In this document: positions 39,204 to 49,850 of the stretch, in pieces
Layout: every line of letters starts with the position of its first letter
Numbering within the stretch: position 1 is the first letter of the stretch
Origin: an uncultured Spirochaetota bacterium
GTDB lineage: Bacteria > Spirochaetota > Spirochaetia > SZUA-6 > Fen-1364
Direction: 5' to 3'
DNA length: 64,000 nt
Assembly (NCBI GenBank): GCA_963845535.1
Contig: CAWJSK010000001.1
Coordinates: 192,001 to 256,000, forward strand
Translations under genes and position numbers: made by a program
The notes under the pieces: model-generated
The model's database searches: none
Told to the model about the DNA's origin: nothing
What the model saw: only the letters and a program-made list of their open reading frames with translations

Positions 39204-39286
39204 TCCCCGAACGGGTACCACCGTACCGTGGCACCTGCATAGACCCCGGCCGCTGATTTTGCTACGATTTCCCAAGGAAACATCAG

Positions 39287-40357
39287 GTGATCGACAAACT
39301 GGAACGCAACAAGAAACGCTATCAAGAGCTGCAGGCTCTCATCTCCGACCCTGCCGTCATTCGGGACCAGAAGCGCTACCGGGAGCTTCGCCAGGAGCAC
39401 GCTTCACTGATCGACCAGATGGAGGAGTTCGACCGCTATCAGGCCATTGCGGCGGAAATGGAGTCCAACCGCGAGCTTGCGGAGTCAAGTGAAGACCGCG
39501 AGATGAAGGAGCTGGCCAATGAGGAGCTGGTCCGATTGCAGTCACAGCTTGACGCTTCTGAGCAGCGGCTGAAACAGCTCCTCGTGCCTCGTGATCCTTT
39601 GGACGACAAGAACGTCATCATGGAGATCCGCGGAGGAACCGGCGGAGACGAGGCGGCGCTCTTTGCAGCGGACCTCTTTCGCATGTATTCGTACTACGCG
39701 GAGAACCAGGGCTGGAAGATCGAGGTGATGTCCGCCAGCCCCACGGAGATCGGCGGGTTCAAGGAAGTGATCTGTTCCATCTCCGGCAAGGCCGTGTATG
39801 CGAAGCTCCGCTATGAAAGCGGCGTCCACCGCGTTCAGCGCGTGCCGGTCACAGAGGCCGGAGGAAGGATCCACACCTCCACCGCGTCCGTGGCCGTGCT
39901 CCCCGAGGTGGAAGAAACGGAGATCGAGATCAATCCGAACGAGCTTCGCATTGACGTGATGCGCGCGGGAGGCCCCGGTGGCCAGAGCGTGAACACCACG
40001 GACTCCGCCGTGCGCATCACCCACCTCCCCACCGGCATTGTCGTGCATTGCCAGGATGAGAAGAGCCAGCACAAGAACAAGGCCAAGGCGCTCAGAATCC
40101 TGCGCGCGCGCCTGTACGACGCGGAGGAGGAGCGCAAGCACGCCGAGCGCGCGCTGGCGCGCAAGAGCCAGATCGGCTCCGGGGACAGGGCGGAGAAGAT
40201 CCGTACATACAACTTCCCGCAGAACCGCGCCACGGACCATCGGATCAATCTCACCCTCTACAAGCTGGACGCGGTGATGAAGGGTGAGATCGAAGAGTTC
40301 GTGGAGGCGCTGCGCATGAGCGCCCAGGAATCCGCGCTGACATCGGAGAGTGCATGA
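39287..40357 (+). CDS. prfA: Peptide chain release factor 1
   Basis: [17 protein letters not shown] (PxT), [18 protein letters not shown]. Confidence 0.97.
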   Translation: MIDKLERNKKRYQELQALISDPAVIRDQKRYRELRQEHASLIDQMEEFDRYQAIAAEMESNRELAESSEDREMKELANEELVRLQSQLDASEQRLKQLLVPRDPLDDKNVIMEIRGGTGGDEAALFAADLFRMYSYYAENQGWKIEVMSASPTEIGGFKEVICSISGKAVYAKLRYESGVHRVQRVPVTEAGGRIHTSTASVAVLPEVEETEIEINPNELRIDVMRAGGPGGQSVNTTDSAVRITHLPTGIVVHCQDEKSQHKNKAKALRILRARLYDAEEERKHAERALARKSQIGSGDRAEKIRTYNFPQNRATDHRINLTLYKLDAVMKGEIEEFVEALRMSAQESALTSESA

Positions 40358-41220
40358 CGGTGCGCACCCTGCTCAGCCAGGGGTATGACAAGCTCTTTCT
40401 CGCCGAAGTTGATACGCCGCTCCTTGACGCCCTCCTCCTCCTGGCCTTTTCCCTCCAGACCACCAAGGAGAAAGTCCTTGCGTCGCTCCCGGATCCGGTG
40501 GAGCCGGATGTGACGGAGCGTTTCCTGGGGCTCGTGGACCGCCGCTCCGCCGGCGTCCCGGTTTCCTACATCCTCAAGGTCAAGGAGTTCTGGGGGCTGG
40601 AGTTCTACGTGGACGAGCGCGTGCTGGTTCCGCGGCCGGACACGGAGGCGCTCGTGGAGAAAGCTCTGGACGTGGTGCGCGCGGACCCGCGGCTTTCCCG
40701 GGTGCATGACGCGTGCGCGGGCTCCGGATGCATTGGCATTGCTCTCAAGAGCTCCGTCCCCCGCCTTTCGGTCAGCGCCTCGGACATCTCCGTGGAAGCG
40801 GGGGAGGTCCTCAGCTTCAACGCGGAAAAGCTGCTCGGCGCGCGGATGGAGTTCTTCGTCTCCGACCTCCTGGAAAGCGTGCCGGGGTCTTTCGACGTGA
40901 TTACCGCAAACCCTCCGTACCTGAGCGACAATGAGATGGAGGGGATGCGCAAGCTCGGATGGCCGGAGCCTGAGATGGCCCTGGCCGGCGGGAGGGATGG
41001 GACCGCGCTTGCCGAGCGCCTGATCCGCGCCGCTCCCCGGAAGCTCGCGCCCAACGGCTGGCTCCTGCTCGAAGCGGCCCCGTCCCAGTTCATCAAGCTT
41101 TTCGCGCTCATGGACCAGGCGGGATTCCAGAGCATTGACGTGATGCAGGACATGAGCGGCCACAACCGGGTGATTGCCGGCCGCCTCGGCTCCGGCCTTC
41201 GGGGAGGACGGGATGGGTGA
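40354..41220 (+). CDS. prmC: Release factor glutamine methyltransferase
   Basis: [23 protein letters not shown]; follows prfA. Confidence 0.95.
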   Translation: MTVRTLLSQGYDKLFLAEVDTPLLDALLLLAFSLQTTKEKVLASLPDPVEPDVTERFLGLVDRRSAGVPVSYILKVKEFWGLEFYVDERVLVPRPDTEALVEKALDVVRADPRLSRVHDACAGSGCIGIALKSSVPRLSVSASDISVEAGEVLSFNAEKLLGARMEFFVSDLLESVPGSFDVITANPPYLSDNEMEGMRKLGWPEPEMALAGGRDGTALAERLIRAAPRKLAPNGWLLLEAAPSQFIKLFALMDQAGFQSIDVMQDMSGHNRVIAGRLGSGLRGGRDG

Positions 41221-43246
41221 CGAGCGCCCCGTTCCCAACACCACGGAGGTCACCGAGCTCCTGACCTATTTCCGCCAGAAGCTCGTTTCGTACCCTCCGG
41301 AAGAGACGGAGAAGATCCTCGCGGCCGCCGAATGGTCGCGGAAGCTCCACAGCGAACAGAAACGGGCGTCGGGAGACCCGTTCTTCGTCCACCCGCTGAG
41401 CGTCGCCTCCACCCTGGTGGACATCAACATGGACTACCAGGCCATAGTTGCCGCGCTCCTTCACGACGTTCTTGAGGACACGGAGACCAGCCGGGCGCAA
41501 CTCCGCAAGGAGTTCGGCAGGGAAGTGGAGTCCCTCGTCCAGGGGGTCACCAAGATATCGGTCCTTCGCGGCAGGTCGCGCTCCTCCCAGCACGCGGAAA
41601 CCATCCGCAAGATGCTTTTCGCCATGGTGAAGGACATCCGCGTCATCCTCATCAAGCTCGCCGACAAGCTGCACAACATGCGCACGCTGGCGTACCTGCC
41701 GGAGGAGGACAGGAAGCGTATTGCCATGGAGACGCTGGACATCTACGCGCCTCTGGCGGGCAGGCTGGGCATTTCGCGCATCAAGGACGAGCTGGAAGAC
41801 CTCAGCCTCAAGCACTTGCAGCCGGCCGTGTACGAGCAGATCCGCAGGTACGTCGCGGAGAAAAAGAGCGAGCGCGCGAGCTACCTCGAGCGGCTGCGGG
41901 AAGCGATCTCCCGAGAGGCCACCGCCGCGGAGATCCCCATCTCCATGGAGACCCGGGCCAAGCATTTCTATTCGATATATCAGAAAATGAGGCGGCGGGG
42001 AAAACCCCTGGAGGAGATCTACGATCTGCTCGGCATTCGGATCCTCTGTGAGACCACGAGCCAGTGTTATGAGATCCTGGGCCTCGTGCACAAGATCTGG
42101 ATGCCCATCGAGGGGCGGTTCAAGGACTACATCGCCATGCCGAAGTCCAACCGCTACCAGAGCCTGCACACCACCGTCATGGGTTTCGACGGGAAAGTCA
42201 TAGAGATCCAGATCAGGACGGAGGGCATGCACCAGACAGCGGAAAATGGGATTGCCGCGCACTGGCTGTACAAGAGCGGCGCCCTGAAGGAGTCGGAGAA
42301 GACGCAGGAGCTTTCCCTCATCAACAAGCTCAAGGAGCTGCAGGGCAGGGGCCCCGTCTCATCGGACTTCCTGGACGAGATCAAGAAGGAGCTGCTTCGG
42401 GACTCGATTTACGTCTTCACGCCCAAGGGGGACGTGGTCGAGCTGCCGTCCGGCTCCACGGCCATCGACTTCGCCTACAACATCCACACGGACATCGGGG
42501 ACCACTGCACCACGGCCAAGGCGGACGGGGCCATCATCCCGCTCAAGGAGCCGCTCAAGAACACGCAGGTGGTGGAGGTGATGACCTCCAAGACGGCGCA
42601 TCCCCACCTGGACTGGCTGCGCTACGTGAAGACCTCCAAGGCGCGCAACAAGATCAAGCACTGGCTGGGGCAGAACGAGCCGGGCCTGATCTTCGACAGG
42701 AACATCGTGGCGCGCAAGAAAGCAGAGGCCGCCCCCCCGATCGTCTTCCAGAAGCCCAAGGAGGAAGGCGAGCCGGAGACGCAGATCCGGGACCCCTCGC
42801 GCGTGTCCATCAGGATCGGGCAGGAGCGTAACGTCATGATCCGCCTGGCCCAGTGCTGCACGCCGTCCACGGGCGACACGATCGTCGGCTACATCTCGCG
42901 CGGCCGCGGCATCACGGTGCACAAGATCGGCTGCCCCAGCATCGCCTCCATCAAGGATTTCGCCGAGCGCAGCATCGACGTGGAATGGGAGACCGTGTCG
43001 CCCAAATCGACGCGGCGTTTCCAGGTGACGGCGCGGCTCACCTCGAATCTCTTTTCCGAGATCGAGGGCGCGCTCAAGAAATTCGGCGGCCATCTCATCG
43101 AGGGGAAGCTGGAAGAGAACGAGCAGGAGATGCTGCGGGGGTTCTTCACGGTGGAGCTTGACAACCGGGAGGATTTCGGGAGGGTCATGAAGAGCCTGCG
43201 GACCATCCCCACCGTGGTCTCCATCCAGGCCAGTGGACAGACGTAG
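41213..43246 (+). CDS. rel: Bifunctional (p)ppGpp synthetase/hydrolase
   Basis: HD domain LLHDVLED, KLADKLHN, KDYIAMPKSNRYQSLHT, TGS domain YVFTPKG...DFAY, AQCCTP. Confidence 0.95.
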   Translation: MGDERPVPNTTEVTELLTYFRQKLVSYPPEETEKILAAAEWSRKLHSEQKRASGDPFFVHPLSVASTLVDINMDYQAIVAALLHDVLEDTETSRAQLRKEFGREVESLVQGVTKISVLRGRSRSSQHAETIRKMLFAMVKDIRVILIKLADKLHNMRTLAYLPEEDRKRIAMETLDIYAPLAGRLGISRIKDELEDLSLKHLQPAVYEQIRRYVAEKKSERASYLERLREAISREATAAEIPISMETRAKHFYSIYQKMRRRGKPLEEIYDLLGIRILCETTSQCYEILGLVHKIWMPIEGRFKDYIAMPKSNRYQSLHTTVMGFDGKVIEIQIRTEGMHQTAENGIAAHWLYKSGALKESEKTQELSLINKLKELQGRGPVSSDFLDEIKKELLRDSIYVFTPKGDVVELPSGSTAIDFAYNIHTDIGDHCTTAKADGAIIPLKEPLKNTQVVEVMTSKTAHPHLDWLRYVKTSKARNKIKHWLGQNEPGLIFDRNIVARKKAEAAPPIVFQKPKEEGEPETQIRDPSRVSIRIGQERNVMIRLAQCCTPSTGDTIVGYISRGRGITVHKIGCPSIASIKDFAERSIDVEWETVSPKSTRRFQVTARLTSNLFSEIEGALKKFGGHLIEGKLEENEQEMLRGFFTVELDNREDFGRVMKSLRTIPTVVSIQASGQT

Positions 43247-43263
43247 GCCGTGGATCTCGACCG

Positions 43264-44925
43264 TTATTTCTCCCGCAGGATTTCCACCCCGGTCCAGCTC
43301 TCCAGTGGCGGGTTCCTGGCGTATTTCATGCAGCGCTGGGCGAAAATGGCGGCGCACACGTCCTCGGGCAGAATACGCAGGACCTGCTCAAACGCTTTCT
43401 TTGCCTCCCGGAAGTCCCGCTTGTAGTACGAGTCGAGGGCGCCCTGGTGGATGTTCCAGGCCTCCACCTCTGCGTCGGAAAGGTCGCGGTGGGGAGCGAA
43501 GATGCGCAGGGGTTCCTTCCTCCCCAGCACCCGGACCTTGTCGATCTGACGGCAGGGGATGTTTTCCCCCAGGAACTCGGCGACGCTCTCGGAGACGATG
43601 AGCTCCTCTTTGTATTGCTTTGTCAGCCCTTCCAGCCGGGAGGCGACGTTCACTTCGTCGCCGATGATCGTGTAATCCATCTTTTTCTCGGAGCCGATGT
43701 TGCCGAGGGTGACATCGCCGTAGCTGATGCCGACGCCGAAACGAAACGGAGGCCTGCCCTTCGAGATCTGCCCTGCGTTGAACGCGCGCACCGAGTCGAG
43801 CATTTCGAATCCCGACATGACGGCCTGGAATGCGTCGTCCGCGTGCGTAACGGGCGCCCCGAAGAAAGCCATGATGGCGTCCCCGATGTATTTGTCTACG
43901 ATCCCCCTATGGCGGTCCTGAATGATCTCTACCATCACCGCGAAGTAAGCGTTCAGCGACTCGACGATCTGGGCGGAGGTCAGACCTTCGGAGATGGAGG
44001 TGAAACTGCGGATATCGGAAAAAAGGATGGCCAGAGTACGTTTCTGCCCCACGAGCATGGACTCCGGACGCGCGAAGAACTCGTCTATCACGTCGGGCGG
44101 AACGTATTTCTGGAAGATATTGCGGATCTTCTGCTCTCTGTGCTGGGCGATGGCCGCATCGAGGGCATATCCCTTGATTTGCCGATACGCTTTGTCCAGC
44201 TCTTCCGTCATCAAGTTGAAGTTGTGCCCCAACTCACCGGTCTCGTCGTGGTAGAGGACGTCAACGCGCCGGGAAAGGTCGTTCGTCCGCATGATTTCTT
44301 TCATGGCGGTTACGACGAGCCGCAACGGCCTTGTCATGAGGCTTGAGAACAGGATGAGCAGGGCAAGAGCGATCACGAGAGACCCGCCGAGGATAATAGC
44401 CGTCCGCGTGATGATTTCCGCCGTAGCGCGGTAGAATGCATCCTGTCTTTCGGTGACCAGGAAGTACCAGCCGAACGGCTCGAACAGCCGAGCCTGTGCA
44501 ACGCGCGCCGCCCCGCCGGCCCGGATCAGCATCCATCCGCTTCTTCCCGCGGAGCGTCCCCGAATCAGGTCAAGGCCCTCAGCCTGGGAAAGCGTCAGAG
44601 GGCTGGTGCTCATGGCGACTTTCCCATTCGCGTCCAAAGCAAAGATGAGCTCCGAGTCTCCTCTGACAAGGGTTTGCGCGTAGGATCCGACGGCGGAGCG
44701 GGCCGCGTCCACATATTCCTGGTTTCCAATGAAATTGTTTTCCACGAGCAGCGACCACTGGCTGTTTGCATAGTTTGTCAGGTCATCCATCTTGAATGCG
44801 AGAAGGCTCGTAGCAACGGACGTTATGCCGTTTCGCGCAGACAATGACGCGACGAAGCCCGTCAGGAGTAAGGGAGCGATGATGAGGGGAAGAACGAGGA
44901 GGACAACCTTTGCTCTGATGCTCAT
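43264..44925 (-). CDS. Membrane class III adenylate/guanylate cyclase with periplasmic sensor and HAMP domain
   Basis: Two TM segments, HAMP (DETGELGHNFNLM), ILFSDIRSFT, DKYIGDAIMAF, YTIIGDEVNVASRLE, C-terminal TPR-like helix pair. Confidence 0.92.
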   Translation of the reverse strand: MSIRAKVVLLVLPLIIAPLLLTGFVASLSARNGITSVATSLLAFKMDDLTNYANSQWSLLVENNFIGNQEYVDAARSAVGSYAQTLVRGDSELIFALDANGKVAMSTSPLTLSQAEGLDLIRGRSAGRSGWMLIRAGGAARVAQARLFEPFGWYFLVTERQDAFYRATAEIITRTAIILGGSLVIALALLILFSSLMTRPLRLVVTAMKEIMRTNDLSRRVDVLYHDETGELGHNFNLMTEELDKAYRQIKGYALDAAIAQHREQKIRNIFQKYVPPDVIDEFFARPESMLVGQKRTLAILFSDIRSFTSISEGLTSAQIVESLNAYFAVMVEIIQDRHRGIVDKYIGDAIMAFFGAPVTHADDAFQAVMSGFEMLDSVRAFNAGQISKGRPPFRFGVGISYGDVTLGNIGSEKKMDYTIIGDEVNVASRLEGLTKQYKEELIVSESVAEFLGENIPCRQIDKVRVLGRKEPLRIFAPHRDLSDAEVEAWNIHQGALDSYYKRDFREAKKAFEQVLRILPEDVCAAIFAQRCMKYARNPPLESWTGVEILREK

Positions 44926-45113
44926 GCTTTCCTGCTGCGCTCCCCGCCGTACCTTGTCTTTTGCCGCAACGGGCAGGTCTCGCTTGCCCCGGTGCCTCGA
45001 CGGGCATACAATAGTATCGTCATTCCCTCATGCATATTACCAGTGTAGTGGTCGATGGTATGGTGGGGAAGAGCCACTGCGGCTACATCAGGAACATTCG
45101 GGAGGCGGCATTC

Positions 45114-47065
45114 GTGGGAGGGCTGTATCGCAAGGCGCTGACATTTCATGATATCAATCCTACGGTGCCTGAAACCTCCGCCGGATCTCATGGAGGGAAC
45201 GGAGACGGAATCAGCGCGGAAGAGCGCGCCAAGATTTCCAGTCATATAGAAGACCTGCTCGCAGGGAACCGCAAACAGATTTCTCCCCAGGCACTCGAGT
45301 ATTCGGCAAAGCGTCGTGGGGCCATGCTTCCCATTATCAGCAATGTCGTGATCTTTGTGGTCTTCGTCGTCGTCGGATTTGTCATTTTTCTTCTGCTCAA
45401 CCACCAAGAAAAGTTCATTGCCACGGGGCAGGCCACGGTCCTGGGAGCGGAAAACAAGCTCATTGCCCGCAATGAAGAAGCAAACGGAGGCAGAGCTTGC
45501 CGGCAAGGACGAGGCCATTCTCGACGCTCAGAAGAAGCTCCAGGGGCTTTCCCAGGAGCAGCAGCGGCTTCGAGACCAGGCAGATTCGGCAGTCAAGGCG
45601 AAGGAACAAGCCCTGCGAGCTGATTTTGAGACCAGGCTTTCCGCGGAAAAGGCGCGCCTGGAACGGCAGGGGCTTTCCGCAGCCGCGCAATCACGAGAGT
45701 TGAGGGACTTCCAGGCCGCGCGTCAGCGGGAGATCGAGGCGCAACTCGCTGCGGCGCGCCGGCAAGCCGACGTCGAGCTTTCCGCGCGACAGAAGTCACT
45801 TGCCGTTCTCGCCTCTCAATACCAGAACGATCTCGACGCGGCGCGGCAGCAACGCCTCCAGATGCAGGCGGAGTCTGCCCAGAAGGAAGCAAGCCTGCGA
45901 AGCCAGGCCTCCCAGGGTCTCCCTGCCGCCCAATCCGGCGTGGCGGCCCAGGAGGAGCTTGCTCGCCTTCAGGCTCAGAGAGAAAAGGACCAGCTTGTTC
46001 TCGACCAGCTCCTTGCGGGGTATTCCCGGGTCAACGCTGCCCTACAAGGGCAGGATCTGGCAGCGGCCCAGAAGGGGCTCGATTCCCTGCGCGCGTACCT
46101 TAATGATCCTTCCGTAGCGACCCTCCCCACCATTCAGAAGCGCCGCGGCGTGGAGATTTTCCTCATTGATTCGTTGGACGATCTGGTCCGAAGCCGTCGG
46201 TCCTCGGCCTCGCCACAGGCCGGGGCGAGCTCCGAAGCGGCGGCCCAGGTGCGCTCCATTGGCGATCTGGTGGCCCGGGGTGACGCGCTGTCGAAGACCG
46301 GAAACCTTGCGGAAGCCCATAACGCGTATTTGCAGGCCTTGCGCTTCATTCCTTCCGTGGACCAAGGATACCTCGCCCTGGAGGAGCTGCGCTCCTCCGA
46401 AGACCAGCAGAAGCGGCACGCCGCGGATGCCGGGCTGCAGAAGGCGAACGTCTTCTATCAGGCCGGCGACTTCCTTGCTTCTCTTTCTCAGTACCGGCAG
46501 GCGGTGGGCCTGCTTCTTGGGGACGAGGCTCTTGCAAGCCAGCTGACCGACAACGTCATGAACGCCGGCTATCGTATCCTGGCAGCCGATGATCTTGCCA
46601 CTCTTGCAAGGCTTCGCACGGACGAGCAGAAGAGGCAAGCCATCCTGAAGCATCTGGAAGACATGCGCAGCCAATACCTGGCGTACGCAGCGCTCCCTCA
46701 GCAATCCTCTTCCACGGAATCCGCGCGGGACAAGTCCCTGGCGAGCCTTCTCCAGGCAAAAATTCTGCTGCGCCAGATCCTCGACTCCGCCCCCATCCGC
46801 TCCCAGTACCCGACGCTCAGCGCCAACATGGAGCGCTACTTCGCGGCCCTGGAACAGCAGGGTCAAGATCGAAGGTCGCGCGGAAGCGATGGGCGAGGTG
46901 TAGCGTCCATGCGGAAACATTTCAAGCACCGGCAGCCAGCCTGGGCCAGCGGCGTCAAGCGCCGGCAGCCAGCCTGGGCCAGCGGCGGCCGCTGCAAGTT
47001 CTGTCGGAACCCAATCCCTCGTCAACTTCCTGGACCGACTGCAGCAACTGATTGCGGGGAAGTAA
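45114..47065 (+). CDS. Membrane-anchored coiled-coil/TPR-like hypothetical protein with frameshifts at ~45467 and ~46870-46920
   Basis: GGAGG plus GTG at 45114, one TM segment, an extra C at 45466-45468, then a long Q/E/A-rich coil. Likely C-terminus ...SLVNFLDRLQQLIAGK* at 47065. Confidence 0.6.
46922..46987. repeat. 33-bp tandem duplication (2 copies, 1 mismatch)
   Basis: TCAAGC(A/G)CCGGCAGCCAGCCTGGGCCAGCGGCG x2, encoding SS(T/A)GSQPGPAA. Confidence 0.9.
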
Positions 47066-47098
47066 AGCGTGTCGCGCGGCGTTTAGGTCCCAGGCGCT

Positions 47099-48485
47099 TC
47101 AATTCAGCACCGTGATCGTCATCACGTAGACTCCCGGGGCCCCACTAGTGTTGTTGAGCTGGACGTATCGCAGCAGACCCGCTGATGCGCTGGAGGACCA
47201 CAGCGTCGACAGCGATGTTCCGGTGGCCGACGCTGTAGCGATAGTGCTGGGCCCCGGCGCCAGTACGTTCAGCGTAACGCTTGCCGACGTCGTCCACGTC
47301 ACGGAGAATTGGACATTGTTGGTAGCACCAGCATTGAAGGAGAGGAAGTCGTTGAGGTTTGTGGCAGTCAGGTTTCCGGTAACCTGGATGCTCATCAACG
47401 GCGCCAGTGTGATCCCCATGCTGGTGGCGGTCGCAAAAACGTCATTCGCCGGATCCGTCAACGCGGCGTCGAAGACAGCCATGACGTTGTTTACCGGGTT
47501 CAGATCCTGATCAACAAGCACGCTCACGCTGACCACAAGGTAGTAGTAGCCGGCCGTCAGCGGCCACGTCCCGCTGAAAGCGAGGACCGGCAAGAGATTC
47601 CCGGCGGCAAGCGCGGGCGTCGAGCCGGAGGCAAGAGGCACTGGTGTGCCGCCCGTGGTGGGTGTTGTGTTTGCGTAGACTTGCCACGCCACAGGTTGGG
47701 TTCCGCCATCGGGACCATTGTTCTGTATCTGGAACGTTCCGCTCACGGCTCCGCCAGGCGTCGTCGTCGCCACGGCAACTGAAGGTTACCGCAGTACAGT
47801 ATAATCCACCTGCGCCAGAACAACGCCGTACGAGGAAACGTCGGTGGGCCGATGCGCCCGCGCTGTCCTGGGAAGAGATGGAAGCGATCAGATAGTAGCT
47901 GTTCGGCGTGGTCGGCCAGAACCCGAGAACGGAATTGCGGTCGATGTTGCCCCTCCGTTCAGCGGAGCCAGTAGTCCCTGATGCGACCACCACGGTCCCC
48001 GTGCCAAGGGGCTCGTTGGTGATGCATAGATGGTCCAGGATACGGTTTGCGTGCCATTCGAGTCCCCTGGATTTTTGGATGGTGAAGGTTCCGCTCGCAG
48101 CTCCTCCTGCAACAGCGTGCCGCCTGTCCTGGTCACCTCGATGACTACGTAGGCCACTGGGTTCACGACCGCCTTGGCAGTAGCTTCCCTGGCTGTCCTT
48201 ACTTGGACTATTGCCGTCCCCGGGGATTGTGGTGGCGGTATAAACTCCCGTTGAAGCGCCGATAGATCCGGGGCCGGACGTGACGGAGAATGTATAGGGC
48301 GGAGCGCCCCCCGACGCGCTGAATGTCGCGCTTCCATTTGCCGGCACTGACGCGGTGGCTGGCGATATGAGAAGTTGAGCCTTGTTTCCGAGAGTGGAAT
48401 AGAAAGAAGCGATGTTGCACGCGCCGGGGGCAATCAGCGCCGCCAGGAGGAGGAAGATGCTTTTCAGCCCGCTTCGCGACTTCAC
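47099..48485 (-). CDS. Thr/Ser/Gly-rich surface lipoprotein with Ig/CARDB-like repeats, broken by many indels
   Basis: Lipobox APGAC, FSASGGAPPYTF, and two similar repeats (SGTF.IQN.G...GTQ.V.W..YA...FSG.WP...YYL) spread over several frames. Confidence 0.6.
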
Positions 48486-49543
48486 AGACGCAGCTCCATG
48501 TTTACCGACGGAGAGAACCCCATCACGAGGTACGGCATCTCGAAATAGACGTCGTAATCCCCCAGCACGTTGATCCCCAAACTTCCCGTCACCAACAAAT
48601 CAAGGCCGATTCCGCTCTTCAGGAATGGCACGAGGCTGGTAACGGTGCCCTGGGTCCCCGTGACCAAGACGAAAAGAGCGGGGCCCCCGACCACGTGAAA
48701 GAAGGGACGAAGAAAGGCGCTGCCCAGCTCATAGCGGATATCGACGCCAAAGGGAAGCAGGTATGTGTTCGCGGAGTCCTGAGACCCCGTTGCCGTGAAG
48801 TAATCCATACCCACGTACAGGCCCAACCCCAAAGGCCCCATGGGTGTGTCAATGAAAATGCTCGCAAGCAGCGACGGGAGATAGCCGAGGGTGAAATAAT
48901 ACGCCGCCGCGCCGGTCGGCAGGAACGGAGCAAAACCGCCGCTGAAAAGCAGACGGTGGTTCTGGGCAGTCCCTGGTCGGGCGGAAGATGGAGTGACAAC
49001 GGCAATCGCGCCGCCCGCGGCGTCCGTTGTTTGCTGCGCAGGCCGCACTGCATTCAAAGCATTGGAGCCCGACATCGCCTGGATCCGATCATGCACCTTG
49101 GCAATCATCTGGTCGAGGGCGGCGAGAATGACGCTGTCAAGTTTCAGGTCGACCTCGCCGCTGGTCTGCACAACTTCAGGGGAAGCGCCGGTCGTTGCGT
49201 CGTACCAGCCCAGCGTGACGTCCATGTGCCGACCTTCCACGCCATAGCGGCAGACAAGCGCAGCCGTTGCGCCGCGCTGCTTCGCGAGGGGCTGTTGCGT
49301 CTCTTCCTGCGTTGCCGCAACCACGAGCGTTCTCAGTCCCAGCCCTTGCAGCTTGTACTGGGCAGCGTCTGCAATGACCTGGCGAAAGACCTCGTCCTGC
49401 TTCTGCGCCGGGCTTATGAGCACAACGACGTCCGTTTTCGGGGCCTGTGATTCCAGATTGACGGCAAGGAGGGGGAATCCTCCCAGCAGAAGAAGCGCCG
49501 CTAGCCCGGCCCCTCGGGCGGCGGTCCAGGTGTGTTTGCTCAT
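48482..49543 (-). CDS. Secreted protein with probable C-terminal outer-membrane beta-barrel
   Basis: Signal peptide and alternating aromatic/Gly beta-strands in the C-terminal half. Confidence 0.6.
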   Translation of the reverse strand: MSKHTWTAARGAGLAALLLLGGFPLLAVNLESQAPKTDVVVLISPAQKQDEVFRQVIADAAQYKLQGLGLRTLVVAATQEETQQPLAKQRGATAALVCRYGVEGRHMDVTLGWYDATTGASPEVVQTSGEVDLKLDSVILAALDQMIAKVHDRIQAMSGSNALNAVRPAQQTTDAAGGAIAVVTPSSARPGTAQNHRLLFSGGFAPFLPTGAAAYYFTLGYLPSLLASIFIDTPMGPLGLGLYVGMDYFTATGSQDSANTYLLPFGVDIRYELGSAFLRPFFHVVGGPALFVLVTGTQGTVTSLVPFLKSGIGLDLLVTGSLGINVLGDYDVYFEMPYLVMGFSPSVNMELRL

Positions 49544-49654
49544 CCCTTTCCTACGCTGCGGAGCTCACTCACCCGCAGTCATCTCTATAAGTGTAGTCTA
49601 GTTCCAGCTACTTTTCTCGTGATCTCAGCGCGCAGCGCGACCTGCGACGCAAGC

Positions 49655-49822
49655 TTACGAACGCCGGATCTGCTGCTGAGAGACGAAGGCGTCCTGGGCG
49701 GACAGTCTCCCGTCAGCCACCGCGCGTGGCAATACCGCCGAGTTGGGAGAAAAAAGGATCCTGCTTGTCAGGAGGATCAAGGACGCCGCGAATATCGTTG
49801 CCCGTGCCAGCTTCTGGAACAT
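49655..49822 (-). CDS. Small putative secreted/membrane peptide (55 aa)
   Basis: TGgTATATT extended -10 (49839-49847), GGAGG RBS, then MFQKLARATIFAASLILLTSRILFSPNSAVLPRAVADGRLSAQDAFVSQQQIRRS. Confidence 0.55.
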   Translation of the reverse strand: MFQKLARATIFAASLILLTSRILFSPNSAVLPRAVADGRLSAQDAFVSQQQIRRS

Positions 49823-49850
49823 CAGGGCCTCCAAGACAAATATACCACTG

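Noticed and set aside
49610..49800. Structured ncRNA or ZTP-like riboswitch (several complementary segments)
   Set aside because: Conserved riboswitch nucleotides are missing, pairing is expected at high GC, and a small ORF with promoter and RBS explains the region better.
49794..49810. Second sigma-54 promoter (TGGCAC on the minus strand)
   Set aside because: It lacks the -12 TTGC element and lies inside the small ORF.
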